A DNA stretch of 63,115 bases, filler included, from Octopus bimaculoides (lineage: Eukaryota), in assembly GCF_001194135.2 (NCBI RefSeq). It is 7 parts of 6 records of this genome, joined end to end, with 100 filler letters (N's around TTAATTAATTAA, not from the genome) between each part and the next. Parts side by side here need not be neighbours in the genome. Positions count along the whole stretch, not along the records: positions 50,560 to 60,672 come from NC_068989.1; positions 60,773 to 63,115 come from NC_068986.1; 5 more parts are not named here. One strand, written 5' to 3'. Below are positions 52,454-63,115 of the stretch, piece by piece (position 1 is the first letter of the stretch; each line of letters opens with the position of its first letter). Position numbers and translations under genes: made by a program. The notes beneath the pieces are model-generated. The model saw only the letters and a list, made by a program, of their open reading frames with translations, was not told the origin of the DNA and did no database searches.

Positions 52454-52700
52454 CCTTTCTAGTATAGTCACAAGGCCTGAAATTTTGCGGGGAGAGAGAT
52501 GGTCGATAACATGGACCCTATTACTCAACTGGTACTTAATTTATCGACCCTGAAAGGATGAAAGGCAAAGCCGACCTCGGCGGAATTGACTTCGCCTTTC
52601 ATCCTTTCGGAGTCGGTTAAATAAGTACCAGTTGCGTGCTGGGGACGATATCATCGACTTACGCATTTCCCGAAATTGCTGACCTGGTGCCAAAAGTTTA
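52454..52700. mobile_element. Two family B SINE 3' halves in inverted orientation
   Basis: 52454-52587 is on the minus strand (…GAAAGGATGAAAGGCAAAGCCGACCTCGGCGGAATT) and 52588-52700 on the plus strand (GACTTCGCCTTTCATCCTTTCGG…). Confidence 0.85.
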
Positions 52701-54839
52701 AAATATAATCATCAACATCATCATCATCATCATCATCATCTTTTTATTCAGTGTTAATTTATATAATATTTTGAACATTTAAGTATTTATTTATTGTAAA
52801 ATGTCTTTGGCCTACCCCTCGTCTTTTTATAACTTTGCTCATCCCCACACATTTATAACCACCATGTATAACATTCTTTTAACGTCTGTGTAAAAGAACC
52901 TTAATAGTAATGTCTAAATAAAACATTATCGGACCTCTTAAACGGAAACATTCTCAACTAGGGTCTTTGCAAGCGTCTTAAATACTTGGGTTACCATTCG
53001 TATGAATCTCTTCTAGCAAAATACATTTTTAACAAAGTTTGGCCTTTCACTTCAAGACAAAAAAATATGTCAGTCCTACAAAACAACTACTAAGCCTTTT
53101 CTAAACTCACTTTGGTACAGTGCTCTGATACCTGGGCCGATGTTGCTACAACACTGGTAGACATCCCAAACTGCACCAAAAAATATTCCAACGTAAGGTC
53201 TACAGACAAGCTGTTCTCTCGCCAAGACACTCCAGCCACCGGCACACAGGCATGTTGTTCCCTCTCACTCGAAACTCTAGTTCACAGAAATGTTGTCGCT
53301 TCACCAAGACATCCCAAACTCCGGCCCGAAAGGGATGCTGTCTGTCTCTTCATTAATTTCAACCTTCGGCCTACAGTTATGCGTCTCGTCGCCAACACCG
53401 AGGCCGGATTAAGACCCACAGAGGTCCTAAGCACTTAACAGATTTTAGTGCCCGCATCACCCCATATATAACTAATTCAAAACATAAACAATAATAAACC
53501 ATAAAATAAATTTTAATTTTTCAAGATGAAACAAGACTAACAATAAGATGAAAAATAATGTTTATTTTAGTATAATGTTTATTTTAGTATATTTAAAAAA
53601 AAGTTTTCTACATGTTTTAATTGCAAAATCTTTGATCAGATCTTTACTATGACAACAAGAACGCTTCGAAATGATATTTCTGATCATATAAACCACTTCG
53701 AATATCATTTAAGCAATTTGAAAGTGATTTCTTTTGTGCCGTAAACCATCTACAATTTCTGTGGTACCCCTCCATCCCTTGATGTCCTAACCATGTGCTA
53801 ATTTTGCTTAAGGGTTAATCCAGTGCAGGTCAACAAATAACAGTTCCTGAGTCATGGACATGCTGTCCCCAACACACTCCAACGTCGAGCTCATTGTCAT
53901 CATGTTCCCCTCACTAACACGCTCCAAACTCTGGTCCACAGGTATACTGTCCCCTGTTCCTCAGTTCTGGTTTGTCTCATGCACTAATGATTCACTCTTC
54001 TCTCTTCCTCTTATCCTCCATATTGCGTCTATCCCCAGGTTCGGCAGTAACGACTACAACCAGTCTTTCATCCTAGAGTCTCGACCCACTAGAATTTCCT
54101 GCCTATTTATGTTTTTTCCTGTTGTTATCGATGTATGACTCAGCAGAAACAATAATAGAATAAACTCCATTGGTCTCGGAGGATCTATGAAGGTCATGAG
54201 CAATACTCCTTCATCCGGACAAAACAAATAGAAATTAAATATTATCCGAGCGATGGTTTGGTTCAAAAACGATATTTGACAGAATCAGGAGCGGCACCTT
54301 GATAGACTTAGTTATGTCCCTTTACACCATACATTCAAATCCTGTCGAGATTTTAAATTTAGTGTGGATATCGTTTCCTTTTCCGGGTTTAACAATATAA
54401 GCTAACAGTTAAGTTCCTCTCTTCGAAATTCAGCTTTCTGTTACAAATCCTTATTTGTTAAGTTATACTAGTTCTTGATTGTAAAAAAAATAATTGAGTT
54501 TCTTTTGTGCGTGCGTGTGTGTGTGTGTGTCTGTGTCTGTGTCTGTGTGTGTGTGTGTGTGTGTAAGTGTGTATGTGGAGGGGTGTCTCCGATTGATTCC
54601 TAAGTGGCTATCCCTATTGAAGCTTTTCCATAAAAAGTAATTCATTTCTTGTTTGCGTTGTTGCTATTGCTTACCCTCGTTTTTGTATTTTGTTCCTATG
54701 CTTCCCAGCTGTAATCTTTCGGGCATTATTATTATTATTATTATTATTTACTGTACGGATCAAAGTGGCATCTATTCGGTGATCGAACTAAATGGCTACC
54801 TGTCGGAGCCCATTTCAAATTACGATCTCAGTCAATTAA

Positions 54840-55330
54840 GGTTGCCGCTCTTGACAGACCATGGCTGAGATTCGAAACGGTTCACTTTTAACAGAAGCCG
54901 GGTGTTTCGAGTGGCGTCCCTTTGGAACTGGGGTGTAAGGAGGTCGTATCTTTACATATGGCCACGTCCCTGGGCCGATGTTTGACGCCGCAAAAGCGAA
55001 GGTCGTCAGCATCATATTGAAAGAATATTTGATGATAACAGGAGCCAACCTAAACCTGGACACGTGTTGGAAAATTCACGTTGGACAGCGTATATCGCTG
55101 AACCGAAAGTCTAGTAAATTTGGTTGAGTTGGTTGACATCTGGTTTGGGACGACCCTCCAGGAAGACAAGAACCAATGCGATATTACGAGCTGGATGGCG
55201 GCTCCCACTCGAAATGTGCAGAGAGAAAGTTTTTCTCTGAAAGGTCGTGAAAAAGTGGTGAGTGCTTATAAGGACTCCTTTATAATTTACCACCTGACCG
55301 TCCTATCTTGCTCCAGTTCGAGTTTGGTCA
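54840..55330 (+). pseudogene. Tx1/L1-like RT fragment
   Basis: IILKEYLMITGANLN, VELVDIWFGTTLQEDKN, FSLKGREKVV..IIYHLTVL; homologous to 34650-35100. Confidence 0.65.
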
Positions 55331-55519
55331 AACCAGAGAGTATAGGCTTTAACTTGAAGAGTTACGTACCACTCTCAGTTGGTCTGTCTGATACCAACAC
55401 ATTCTGTGTGTCGAGGCCAGCGTGCAGTGTCTGAATGTATGTTCTGATATGTAGCTTCTGCAGACAATCCTCTGGGGATATTCCGTTTAATTAGAAGCTA
55501 ATTTTAACTAACAAAATAC

Positions 55520-57050
55520 ACTAACCATACCATATCAAAAAAGAAAACGAATATATCACTACAGGACAAAGAGGAGATCATTAAAACCTACTCATTGTGA
55601 ATAAGAGAAATCTTCAAGGGTGAATCATTAACTCCTCAACTCTTTTGCTTAGTTTTAACGCCATTAATAAATGTGTGGAATAAAACCACCAATGGCTACA
55701 AATGCTGTAGACAAAAAAATATAAATTACCTTTCCTGCATAAATGACTTCAAAATCTTTATAAGGGATAATAACTAGTAGGAAATCTACAATGAATTGTT
55801 CATAAATTCAGCCATGACATAAAAACTGAGCATGGGATTAAACAAATGTGCTATGGCTTCTCTCTGAAGATGCTAACTAAACCGAGAATATTAAATTAGA
55901 TATAGACACCGAAATCAGAGAATTAGACCAGAACCAGTTATACAAATAATTAAAAGTAAATGAATTTGATCAGATTTAAAACACTAGCATAAAAGAGAAC
56001 ATTAGTAATAAGTATTAGAGAAAAGTCAGACTAATATTAAAAACTGAACTCAACGCTAGAAATCAGATAGTAGCTGTAAGTACTCTAAACCTCCCAGTCA
56101 GGAAATAATAAACTGCAAGTTAAGTGAATAGATAAATCCAGACAAAACATAGGAATTTGCTATCAGTGTTTCAAAGTTAATACAGACAGGATATATCTGT
56201 TCTGCACACACGAAGAGAAGAGTCTGATACAAATAGATAATTACTACAAAATAACCACAGTGGAACTAAAAAAATAATACTTAGAAGCAAAAGGGAAAAC
56301 TGAGAAGTATAATAAGGAAACAAAAGAAACAAAAAACAAAAAAGAACCAATAAAATACAAACTGAAAAATACCGTATATACTGGCGTATAAGTTGGACCC
56401 CTAATTTAGGTTAAAATCTTGGTACAAAAAATTTTCCCTTCATTGTTTTAGCATTGCCCCGTGTAGAGTCACACTTTTTTTTTTTCAGTTAAAAATCAAG
56501 TATAAAATAATACGACTTATACAGAAATGAATACGATATATAGTTAAAGAAAACACGAAATAAAAAGGGGATAATGACAAAATCAAAGTGAAATTCTAAA
56601 ATATTCTGATGAAAAAATGAGAGAGAATACCACGTAAGATGCGATGGAGTAAGCTAGAATGGGAGTTAGCAACGGTTCAAAGTTTTGGGGCTAAAAGCAG
56701 AATAGATCTGAGGTTAGCTCCGCAGGATCAAAATTTCGCCACAAATAACCACAAAAATAAAATAATTAGAACAGAAGCTTCTAACATCAATACAGATTAG
56801 GCTACCAATACAACGAGATACTTGATCACACTCTTTCAAATAGCCGAGTCTTTGTCAAATCACAAGTGTATACCAGACAATATGCCAACACTTCGGGCTA
56901 AAAACGGAGAACAAAAGAAGGACTAGATAAACATTTACCAATCATAGAAAACAACAGCGATCCGGCCGCAATCATATGGGGTATGTTGATCTAGAATGAC
57001 AAGGGAACCAATAAACAATGTACAGATGTAGAGCGAAAACGTTTGCACTC
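55520..57050 (+). pseudogene. Dong/R4-type LINE, heavily degenerate
   Basis: IFKGESLTPQLFCLVLTPL, INYLSCINDFKI, GLNKCA, LGLKAE..LAPQDQ. An unrelated insert with a TACCGTATATACTGGCGTATAAG TIR-like start interrupts it at ~56372. Confidence 0.7.
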
Positions 57051-57139
57051 CGATAAAAATAAATGAATAAATAAACACGATCTATTTTTACCGAAACATC
57101 TACTAAAATTGTCAAAGTAAAACTAGTAACTTAGAGACG

Positions 57140-57355
57140 CATGGGTAAGTGGTTATGGAGTTGCGCTCGTGATCGAAACGTTGTGGTTTCGGTTCCTGGA
57201 CCGAGCGATGACTGGTGGTTTTGAGCAAACTGAAACAACTTCATCTCAAGTTCCTTCAGTTAACTCAGCTGGCACAAATGAGTAATCCTGCAACGACTGG
57301 CGTCCCATCCAAGTGAGATATGTATACGCCACAGAATCCGGGAAAACCGGCCTTA
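57140..57355 (+). mobile_element. tRNA-derived SINE (family D), diverged
   Basis: GGTAAGTGGTTATGGAG..GGTTTCGGTTCC..TTGAGCAAA..ACTTCAT..GCAAATGAGTAATCCTGCAACGACTGGCGTCCCATCC. Confidence 0.6.
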
Positions 57356-57489
57356 TGAACCTATATAACACTGGACGGACTTTAATTTCCTTTTTTTTTT
57401 TCGCTTTTCTTTTTGAAAACTAGAGACAATAATAATAATTGGCGGTGGGGGGGGGGCACTAAGTATAATGAAACAAAATATGAACAAAA

Positions 57490-57965
57490 ACTTATGAATC
57501 CCAGAAGGAGTCACGGCATTGCACATAGTCGGAAACGCAGCCTTGCTAGACACGACCCACATTCTATACAATATTCAATTCACTAACACAACGCAGACAG
57601 TATATTCCAGTCACACATTACATACTCCCTACAATCACAGCCCAATAAAATAACATGACCTGCACCACTAATGCTCTTTGGTGTCACCACTAAACAATAT
57701 AATAGAACACTAACTCATATATGATCGAGTTCTATGGTGTAGAGTATATTCTATGTGTTCTACACAACAGAAAGTAACATTGACATTACGACAAAGAAAG
57801 AAACCCAACTAAACAAATCCTGTAACAAGACAAAACGGACGAAGAATAGAGACACTCCTGAACAACGTTCCCGAAAGACAATGACGTCACACACATCCCT
57901 GGGACATGGAGTAGCAGCTGGTGTGGGTCGGTAGGAACTTGTGCAAAACAGTCGAGAACATTATG
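57490..57965 (+). pseudogene. Dong/R4-type 3' end and UTR terminating in (TGA)n
   Basis: ALHIVGNAALLDTTHIL resembles the ..Q.AALLGTAHIL end of these ORFs. The UTR end resembles 18600-18700. Confidence 0.55.
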
Positions 57966-58019
57966 ACAATGATGATGATGATGATGATGATGTATGAATA
58001 ACACTGATAATAATGGGTT

Positions 58020-58200
58020 CTAATTGTTGGCACAGGGCCAACAATTATAGTCGTTTGTATCGATCCCCCTACTTCGCTGATACTTCTTTAATTTATTTTA
58101 TCCATCACGAAAGGATGAAAGGCTAAGTTGACTTCAGTCATATTTGAACTCGGATTGTAAACAGCCGGAAAAAAAATATACCGCTAAGCATCTTGTCCAG
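58020..58200 (-). mobile_element. SINE family B, diverged
   Basis: GAAAGGATGAAAGGCTAAGTTGACTTCAG..ATTTGAACTC..ACCGCTAAGCAT. Confidence 0.7.
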
Positions 58201-58459
58201 CATGATAATGACAATGATGATGGCGACGACGATGATGATGGCTACATTGGCCCGAAACATTGAAGGCAATACAAGCGAAATTGCAACAACAAACACACAA
58301 GTGAGGTTTTACATTGAACAAAAAAGCGTTTCACAAAACCAGAGAACCTATCAATAAGCATTCAACACGACAAAGTAATATTATTGTTGTGAAAGACCAT
58401 GTACGGTAATTGGAGGGAAACCCCATACAAAGACTCGGATCACTCTGCCACATGCAAAG

Positions 58460-59395
58460 TAGCTAGAGTTCCTTTCCTCCAACTAAGAAAAAAGAAATCG
58501 TTATAAACCCATTCAACCTCTCCAGTCTTGCCACTCTCCTCTGTCTTTCATCAAGTACAGCAGAAAGTACATCTCCTTCTCTACCCTCAGCTTTCTCTTC
58601 AAGTGATACTTCAAGAAGTTGATGAGAGTTTGGCCAAAGAGGAAGATGTCTGTCTTATAGACGTATACATCGCACCTTTTCTTTCCCTGGTTACCAGACA
58701 GAGGAAGACTAGCCGCTCTTCTGAGCCAAAGGAAAGTGGTGCATCGATTTTGATCACAGATCCGGATGATATTCGGATTCGTTCTACACGCGACAACTGC
58801 CGTTCGATACAAACCCACAAAGTCTGTAATGCACGAACACTGAAAGACAGCGTGCAGGACGGTTTCATCGATCTGTGGCCGACTTTTGGCGCTACAGTAC
58901 CCCGAAAATCTTGCCTCGAACACGTAATTCCCAAGGATAGTACTGCCACGGAAGTTGTCCATAGTTTCCAAATCAAAAGTCCTCCAGAACAGACAGCTCA
59001 GACTGCCCTCATCAACGTCCAAAGTTGCTCCCAGGTCATCATGATTTATGCCATCCATCAACCCTCAATAGAATACGAGTGTTGTTTTCCCTCCGATGTC
59101 TGTATCCAGCTGGAGCAGTGCCGTGAGTAGGTGGCAACATTCTAGACGCCAGATGCGTAAACTTGATCCACGCAGGACCCACGATTGGAGTGCAGTGAAC
59201 GACAAACTACAAAAGGGCGTGTCGTACAAAAGGTATCCACACCAGTTGGCCCTTATTTTCGTTGAAGTCATCACCGTCGAAATGGTCAAGATGTTTCTGC
59301 AGGTTCATCAGTCTCTACGCATTTTCAGTGAGGTCATAAAAAATACTACTTATAACAGTCCTTTCTGCAACAGACACAAGGTCTGGAATAGTTTT
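58460..59395 (-). pseudogene. Tx1/L1-like ORF2 3' region
   Basis: TMDNFR, QIDETVLHAVFQCS, DIFLFGQTLINFLKYHLKRKLRVEKE, LQSW..IWRLECC. Confidence 0.8.
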
Positions 59396-59399
59396 TGAT

Positions 59400-59520
59400 G
59401 AGCAAGGGGGAAGTCAATTACATCGATCCCACTACTTGACAAGTACTTTATTTTATCGACCCTGAAAAGATCGACCTCGGCGGAATTTGAACTCAGAACG
59501 TAAAGACGGACGAAATTGCA
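59400..59520 (-). mobile_element. SINE family B fragment
   Basis: CATCGATCCC..TTTATCGACCCTGAAAAG..GACCTCGGCGGAATTTGAACTCAGAACGTAAAG. Confidence 0.8.
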
Positions 59521-60000
59521 CAACCACCACCAATGATGTTGACGATGATGATGATAATGATGATGATGATGATGATGATGGTGATGGTGGTGTCTATCGT
59601 TGCCGATGTTGTTCGAATGAAAAGCCCCAACCCCTCCTTCAGCCCTGTAGAAGAAGAAGAAGAAGAAGAAGAAGAAGAAGAAGAAGAAGAAGAAGAAGAA
59701 GAAGAAGAAGAAGAAGGGAAGGAGGAGGACATATTACAGAGTGAAAGAAAAACAAAGTTAACGAAAAGCTAAGAGAAGGGAGAGAATGAATGAGTTTGAT
59801 GAATGAAAACAAAGAGACAGACAAACAGATAAGGTGTGTGTGTATGTGTATAGATATGCATGTATGTATGTATGTATGTATGTATGTATGTATATATATA
59901 TATATATATAAATACATACATATATATATAAATACATATATACATACAGACATATATGTGTGTGTGTGGAATTTTCAGGACATTTATAAAGAGAAAGTTA

Positions 60001-60048
60001 GTCTTACAGCTGTTTCTGGGACATTAGGGATATCCCTTCATCAGAGAC
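60001..60048 (-). ncRNA. Minimal type I hammerhead ribozyme, apparently intact
   Basis: GUCU-CUGAUGA-A-GGGAUA-UCCCUAA-UGUCCC-A-GAAA-C-AGCU-G-UA-AGAC; stem I 4/4, stem II 6 bp, palindromic AGCU loop, GUA site. Confidence 0.85.
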
Positions 60049-60271
60049 GATGTGAGAATAGTTAAATAAAGAGAAATATTAGAGTTTAATGTTAGGAGTT
60101 ATTTTGGAAAAGGAAGGAAATATATGTAGGATGTTACACAACTATAACATCCTACTTACATTTTTCTTTTTATTCTCTTATTTACCTTTATACTTTTTAT
60201 TTCCATCCTTTTCTAAAATAACACCTTATATTGAACTCTAATATTTCCCTCTATTTAACTATTCTCACATC

Positions 60272-60319
60272 GTCTCTGATGAAGAGATATCCCTAATGTC
60301 CCAGAAACAGATGTAAGAC
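60272..60319 (+). ncRNA. Minimal type I hammerhead ribozyme, two substitutions
   Basis: GUCU-CUGAUGA-A-GAGAUA-UCCCUAA-UGUCCC-A-GAAA-C-AGAU-G-UA-AGAC; core intact, one stem II mismatch, loop palindrome broken. Confidence 0.75.
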
Positions 60320-60772
60320 TAACTTTCTCTTTATAAATGTCCTAGAAATTCCACACAGCCTTGGTTTTCTTGTCTTCTTTTATTTAACATATACATGCTC
60401 ATACAAGACCCGCACTAGATTCCTCACTCGCATTATTATCGAACCGAGAGTTTAACTACGGTCCTTTCAAAGCACTTACATAGCGTTAACTACCACCCTG
60501 GGTCTTCTGGATACCAATACTTCTCATATATATATATATACATATACATAGGAGAATTTACGAAAAAAACAACAACAGACGAGGACAGGTGGTGTAAACA
60601 ACAAAAGGATGTATTAGTTTAACGCTCGATAAATCTATATCTATCTATCTATCTATCTATCTATATATATATNNNNNNNNNNNNNNNNNNNNNNNNNNNN
60701 NNNNNNNNNNNNNNNNTTAATTAATTAANNNNNNNNNNNNNNNNNNNNNNNNNNNNNNNNNNNNNNNNNNNN

Positions 60773-60829
<57 letters not shown>

Positions 60830-61229
60830 ACATAATTCTATCAAAATATTTCTTATGGCGTTTTCTCTTTCCGCTTCAGTGCGATAAATATAGCCGTATT
60901 CCAAATGTCTGTCTCCATTTTCTCGTTGACTAAGTATAATCAATCACATTGATCATTGGCCAACAACGTCTATTGCAATGCAGGAAGTAGGAAATACTTG
61001 GGATGTTGTGGTGTTCATGCTTGTTTCAGGGATGTTGGCAGTAAGTGTAATGTGAAGTGGATCTAACCACAGATGATAAATAGATCATGGAGTTTAAACC
61101 AAGGGTATTACTGGTACTTATTTCATATGTGTTTAATAGTACACTGGAATGGACTAACCACGTGAAACGTTCATATTGCATTACAAAAATGAGGGATGTT
61201 GGTAGTGGGGTTGGTGAGTAAAGAAGATA

Positions 61230-61234
61230 TATTG

Positions 61235-61268
<34 letters not shown>

Positions 61269-61373
61269 GGGAGGGAGAGAGAGCGAAATAGAAAGAGAAA
61301 GAGAGAAGATGGAGATTAGAAGACGTATTAAAAAATACGATCAGACAGGGAATAGAGAGAGAGATAGAGATAG

Positions 61374-61450
<77 letters not shown>

Positions 61451-62383
61451 GACAGACAGAGAGAGATAGACAGAAACAGAGAAAANNNNNNNNNNNNNNN
61501 NNNNNNNNNNNNNNNNNNNNNNNNNNNNNNNNNNNNNNNNNNNNNNNNNNNNNNNNNNNNNNNNNNNNNNNNNNNNNNNNNNNNNNNNNNNNNNNNNNNN
61601 NNNNNNNNNNNNNNNNNNNNNNNNNNNNNNNNNNNNNNNNNNNNNNNNNNNNNNNNNNNNNNNNNNNNNNNNNNNNNNNNNNNNNNNNNNNNNNNNNNNN
61701 NNNNNNNNNNNNNNNNNNNNNNNNNNNNNNNNNNNNNNNNNNNNNNNNNNNNNNNNNNNNNNNNNNNNNNNNNNNNNNNNNNNNNNNNNNNNNNNNNNNN
61801 NNNNNNNNNNNNNNNNNNNNNNNNNNNNNNNNNNNNNNNNNNNNNNNNNNNNNNNNNNNNNNNNNNNNNNNNNNNNNNNNNNNNNNNNNNNNNNNNNNNN
61901 NNNNNNNNNNNNNNNNNNNNNNNNNNNNNNNNNNNNNNNNNNNNNNNNNNNNNNNNNNNNNNNNNNNNNNNNNNNNNNNNNNNNNNNNNNNNNNNNNNNN
62001 NNNNNNNNNNNNNNNNNNNNNNNNNNNNNNNNNNNNNNNNNNNNNNNNNNNNNNNNNNNNNNNNNNNNNNNNNNNNNNNNNNNNNNNNNNNNNNNNNNNN
62101 NNNNNNNNNNNNNNNNNNNNNNNNNNNNNNNNNNNNNNNNNNNNNNNNNNNNNNNNNNNNNNNNNNNNNNNNNNNNNNNNNNNNNNNNNNNNNNNNNNNN
62201 NNNNNNNNNNNNNNNNNNNNNNNNNNNNNNNNNNNNNNNNNNNNNNNNNNNNNNNNNNNNNNNNNNNNNNNNNNNNNNNNNNNNNNNNNNNNNNNNNNNN
62301 NNNNNNNNNNNNNNNNNNNNNNNNNNNNNNNNNNNNNNNNNNNNNNNNNNNNNNNNNNNNNNNNNNNNNNNNNNNNNNNNNNN

Positions 62384-62417
<34 letters not shown>

Positions 62418-62419
62418 CA

Positions 62420-62455
<36 letters not shown>

Positions 62456-62590
62456 CATATATAGACATTATATATAGATACATACATGCATGCATGCATG
62501 CATACATACATACACACATACATACATACATACATACACACATACATACATACACACATACACACACACATACATACATACATACATACT

Positions 62591-62625
<35 letters not shown>

Positions 62626-62655
62626 GTACAGAGAGAGAGAGAGAGAGAGAGAGAG
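61230..62655. repeat. (GA)n/(GATA)n and (TA)n/(TACA)n microsatellites flanking a ~900-N gap
   Basis: Direct reading. Confidence 0.95.
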
Positions 62656-63115
62656 CGAGTGAGGGATGATTATAGTTTCATTTCTTTCTGGAAGCAAGAA
62701 CTGTTTCTCTGACTTCCATCTTGTTTAAGCGTCGGTGCCATTCTGATTCTATTCCTGGTTAAATCTGTTCATCGTTCTGTCTGACCAAAAGTAAACATTG
62801 GTAACGATGAACATGTGCTTGTTTCAGACAGAAAACAGAGTTCGCAGACGAATCACGTACACTGTCCGTATTTGGCTAAAGGCCACTCAAGAAACGCATA
62901 TATATATATATATAGATATACAGGGCAGGGAATCGTCAATTAGTAATAAAATTAATAATTAACAATTTTGCCGGGTAGCTCAGTATGAAAAAACCTTATC
63001 GGTAAAACCATTTATAATCATAAATATATAGGGATTGACAGTAACCTGCTTCTCCAACATACTGAGAATTCAGAAATAGCAGCCAAAGAACCAGTAGTAA
63101 TTCGTCTGACGTTCC

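Larger units (their letters stand above)
59963..60357. mobile_element. Palindrome with ~160-bp arms, each carrying a minimal hammerhead (inverted PLE pLTR / retrozyme-like)
   Basis: Arms 59963-60122 and 60198-60357 are reverse complements. There is an inner hairpin GTAGGATGTTA/TAACATCCTAC at 60126-60155. Confidence 0.93.

Noticed and set aside
54165-54222. Hammerhead-like CGGAUGA-A-GGAG...CUCC-GAGA on the minus strand
   Set aside because: Both core strands are mutated, and there is no cleavage triplet or stem I; too degenerate to call.

Overview
AT-rich, gap-ridden eukaryotic scaffold. The tRNA-derived SINE families, dense microsatellites and retroelement mix suggest an octopus (cephalopod) genome; this is an inference. 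I recognise no intact host protein-coding gene, rRNA or true tRNA. The window is a transposon graveyard: a ~4.8 kb CpG-rich (CGTT/CGTA) satellite with higher-order structure, two Penelope-like elements (PLEs), several Dong/R4, Tx1/L1, RTE and CR1 LINE remnants, a Ty3/Gypsy pol remnant, two Tc1/mariner remnants and at least four SINE families. The main signal not explained by ORFs is a set of minimal type I hammerhead ribozyme (HHR) motifs from about six unrelated sequence families. These have a CUGANGA...GAAA core, closable stems I and II and usually a palindromic stem III loop. Three loci hold these motifs as inverted pairs inside long fold-back palindromes (25.2-26.1 kb, 49.6-50.3 kb, 60.0-60.4 kb). 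Other highlights are an RTE ORF ending in three C2H2 zinc fingers, Dong/R4 ends stacked at (TAA)n tracts, and several ORF-less long hairpins. All alignments and folds were done by eye and need computational confirmation.
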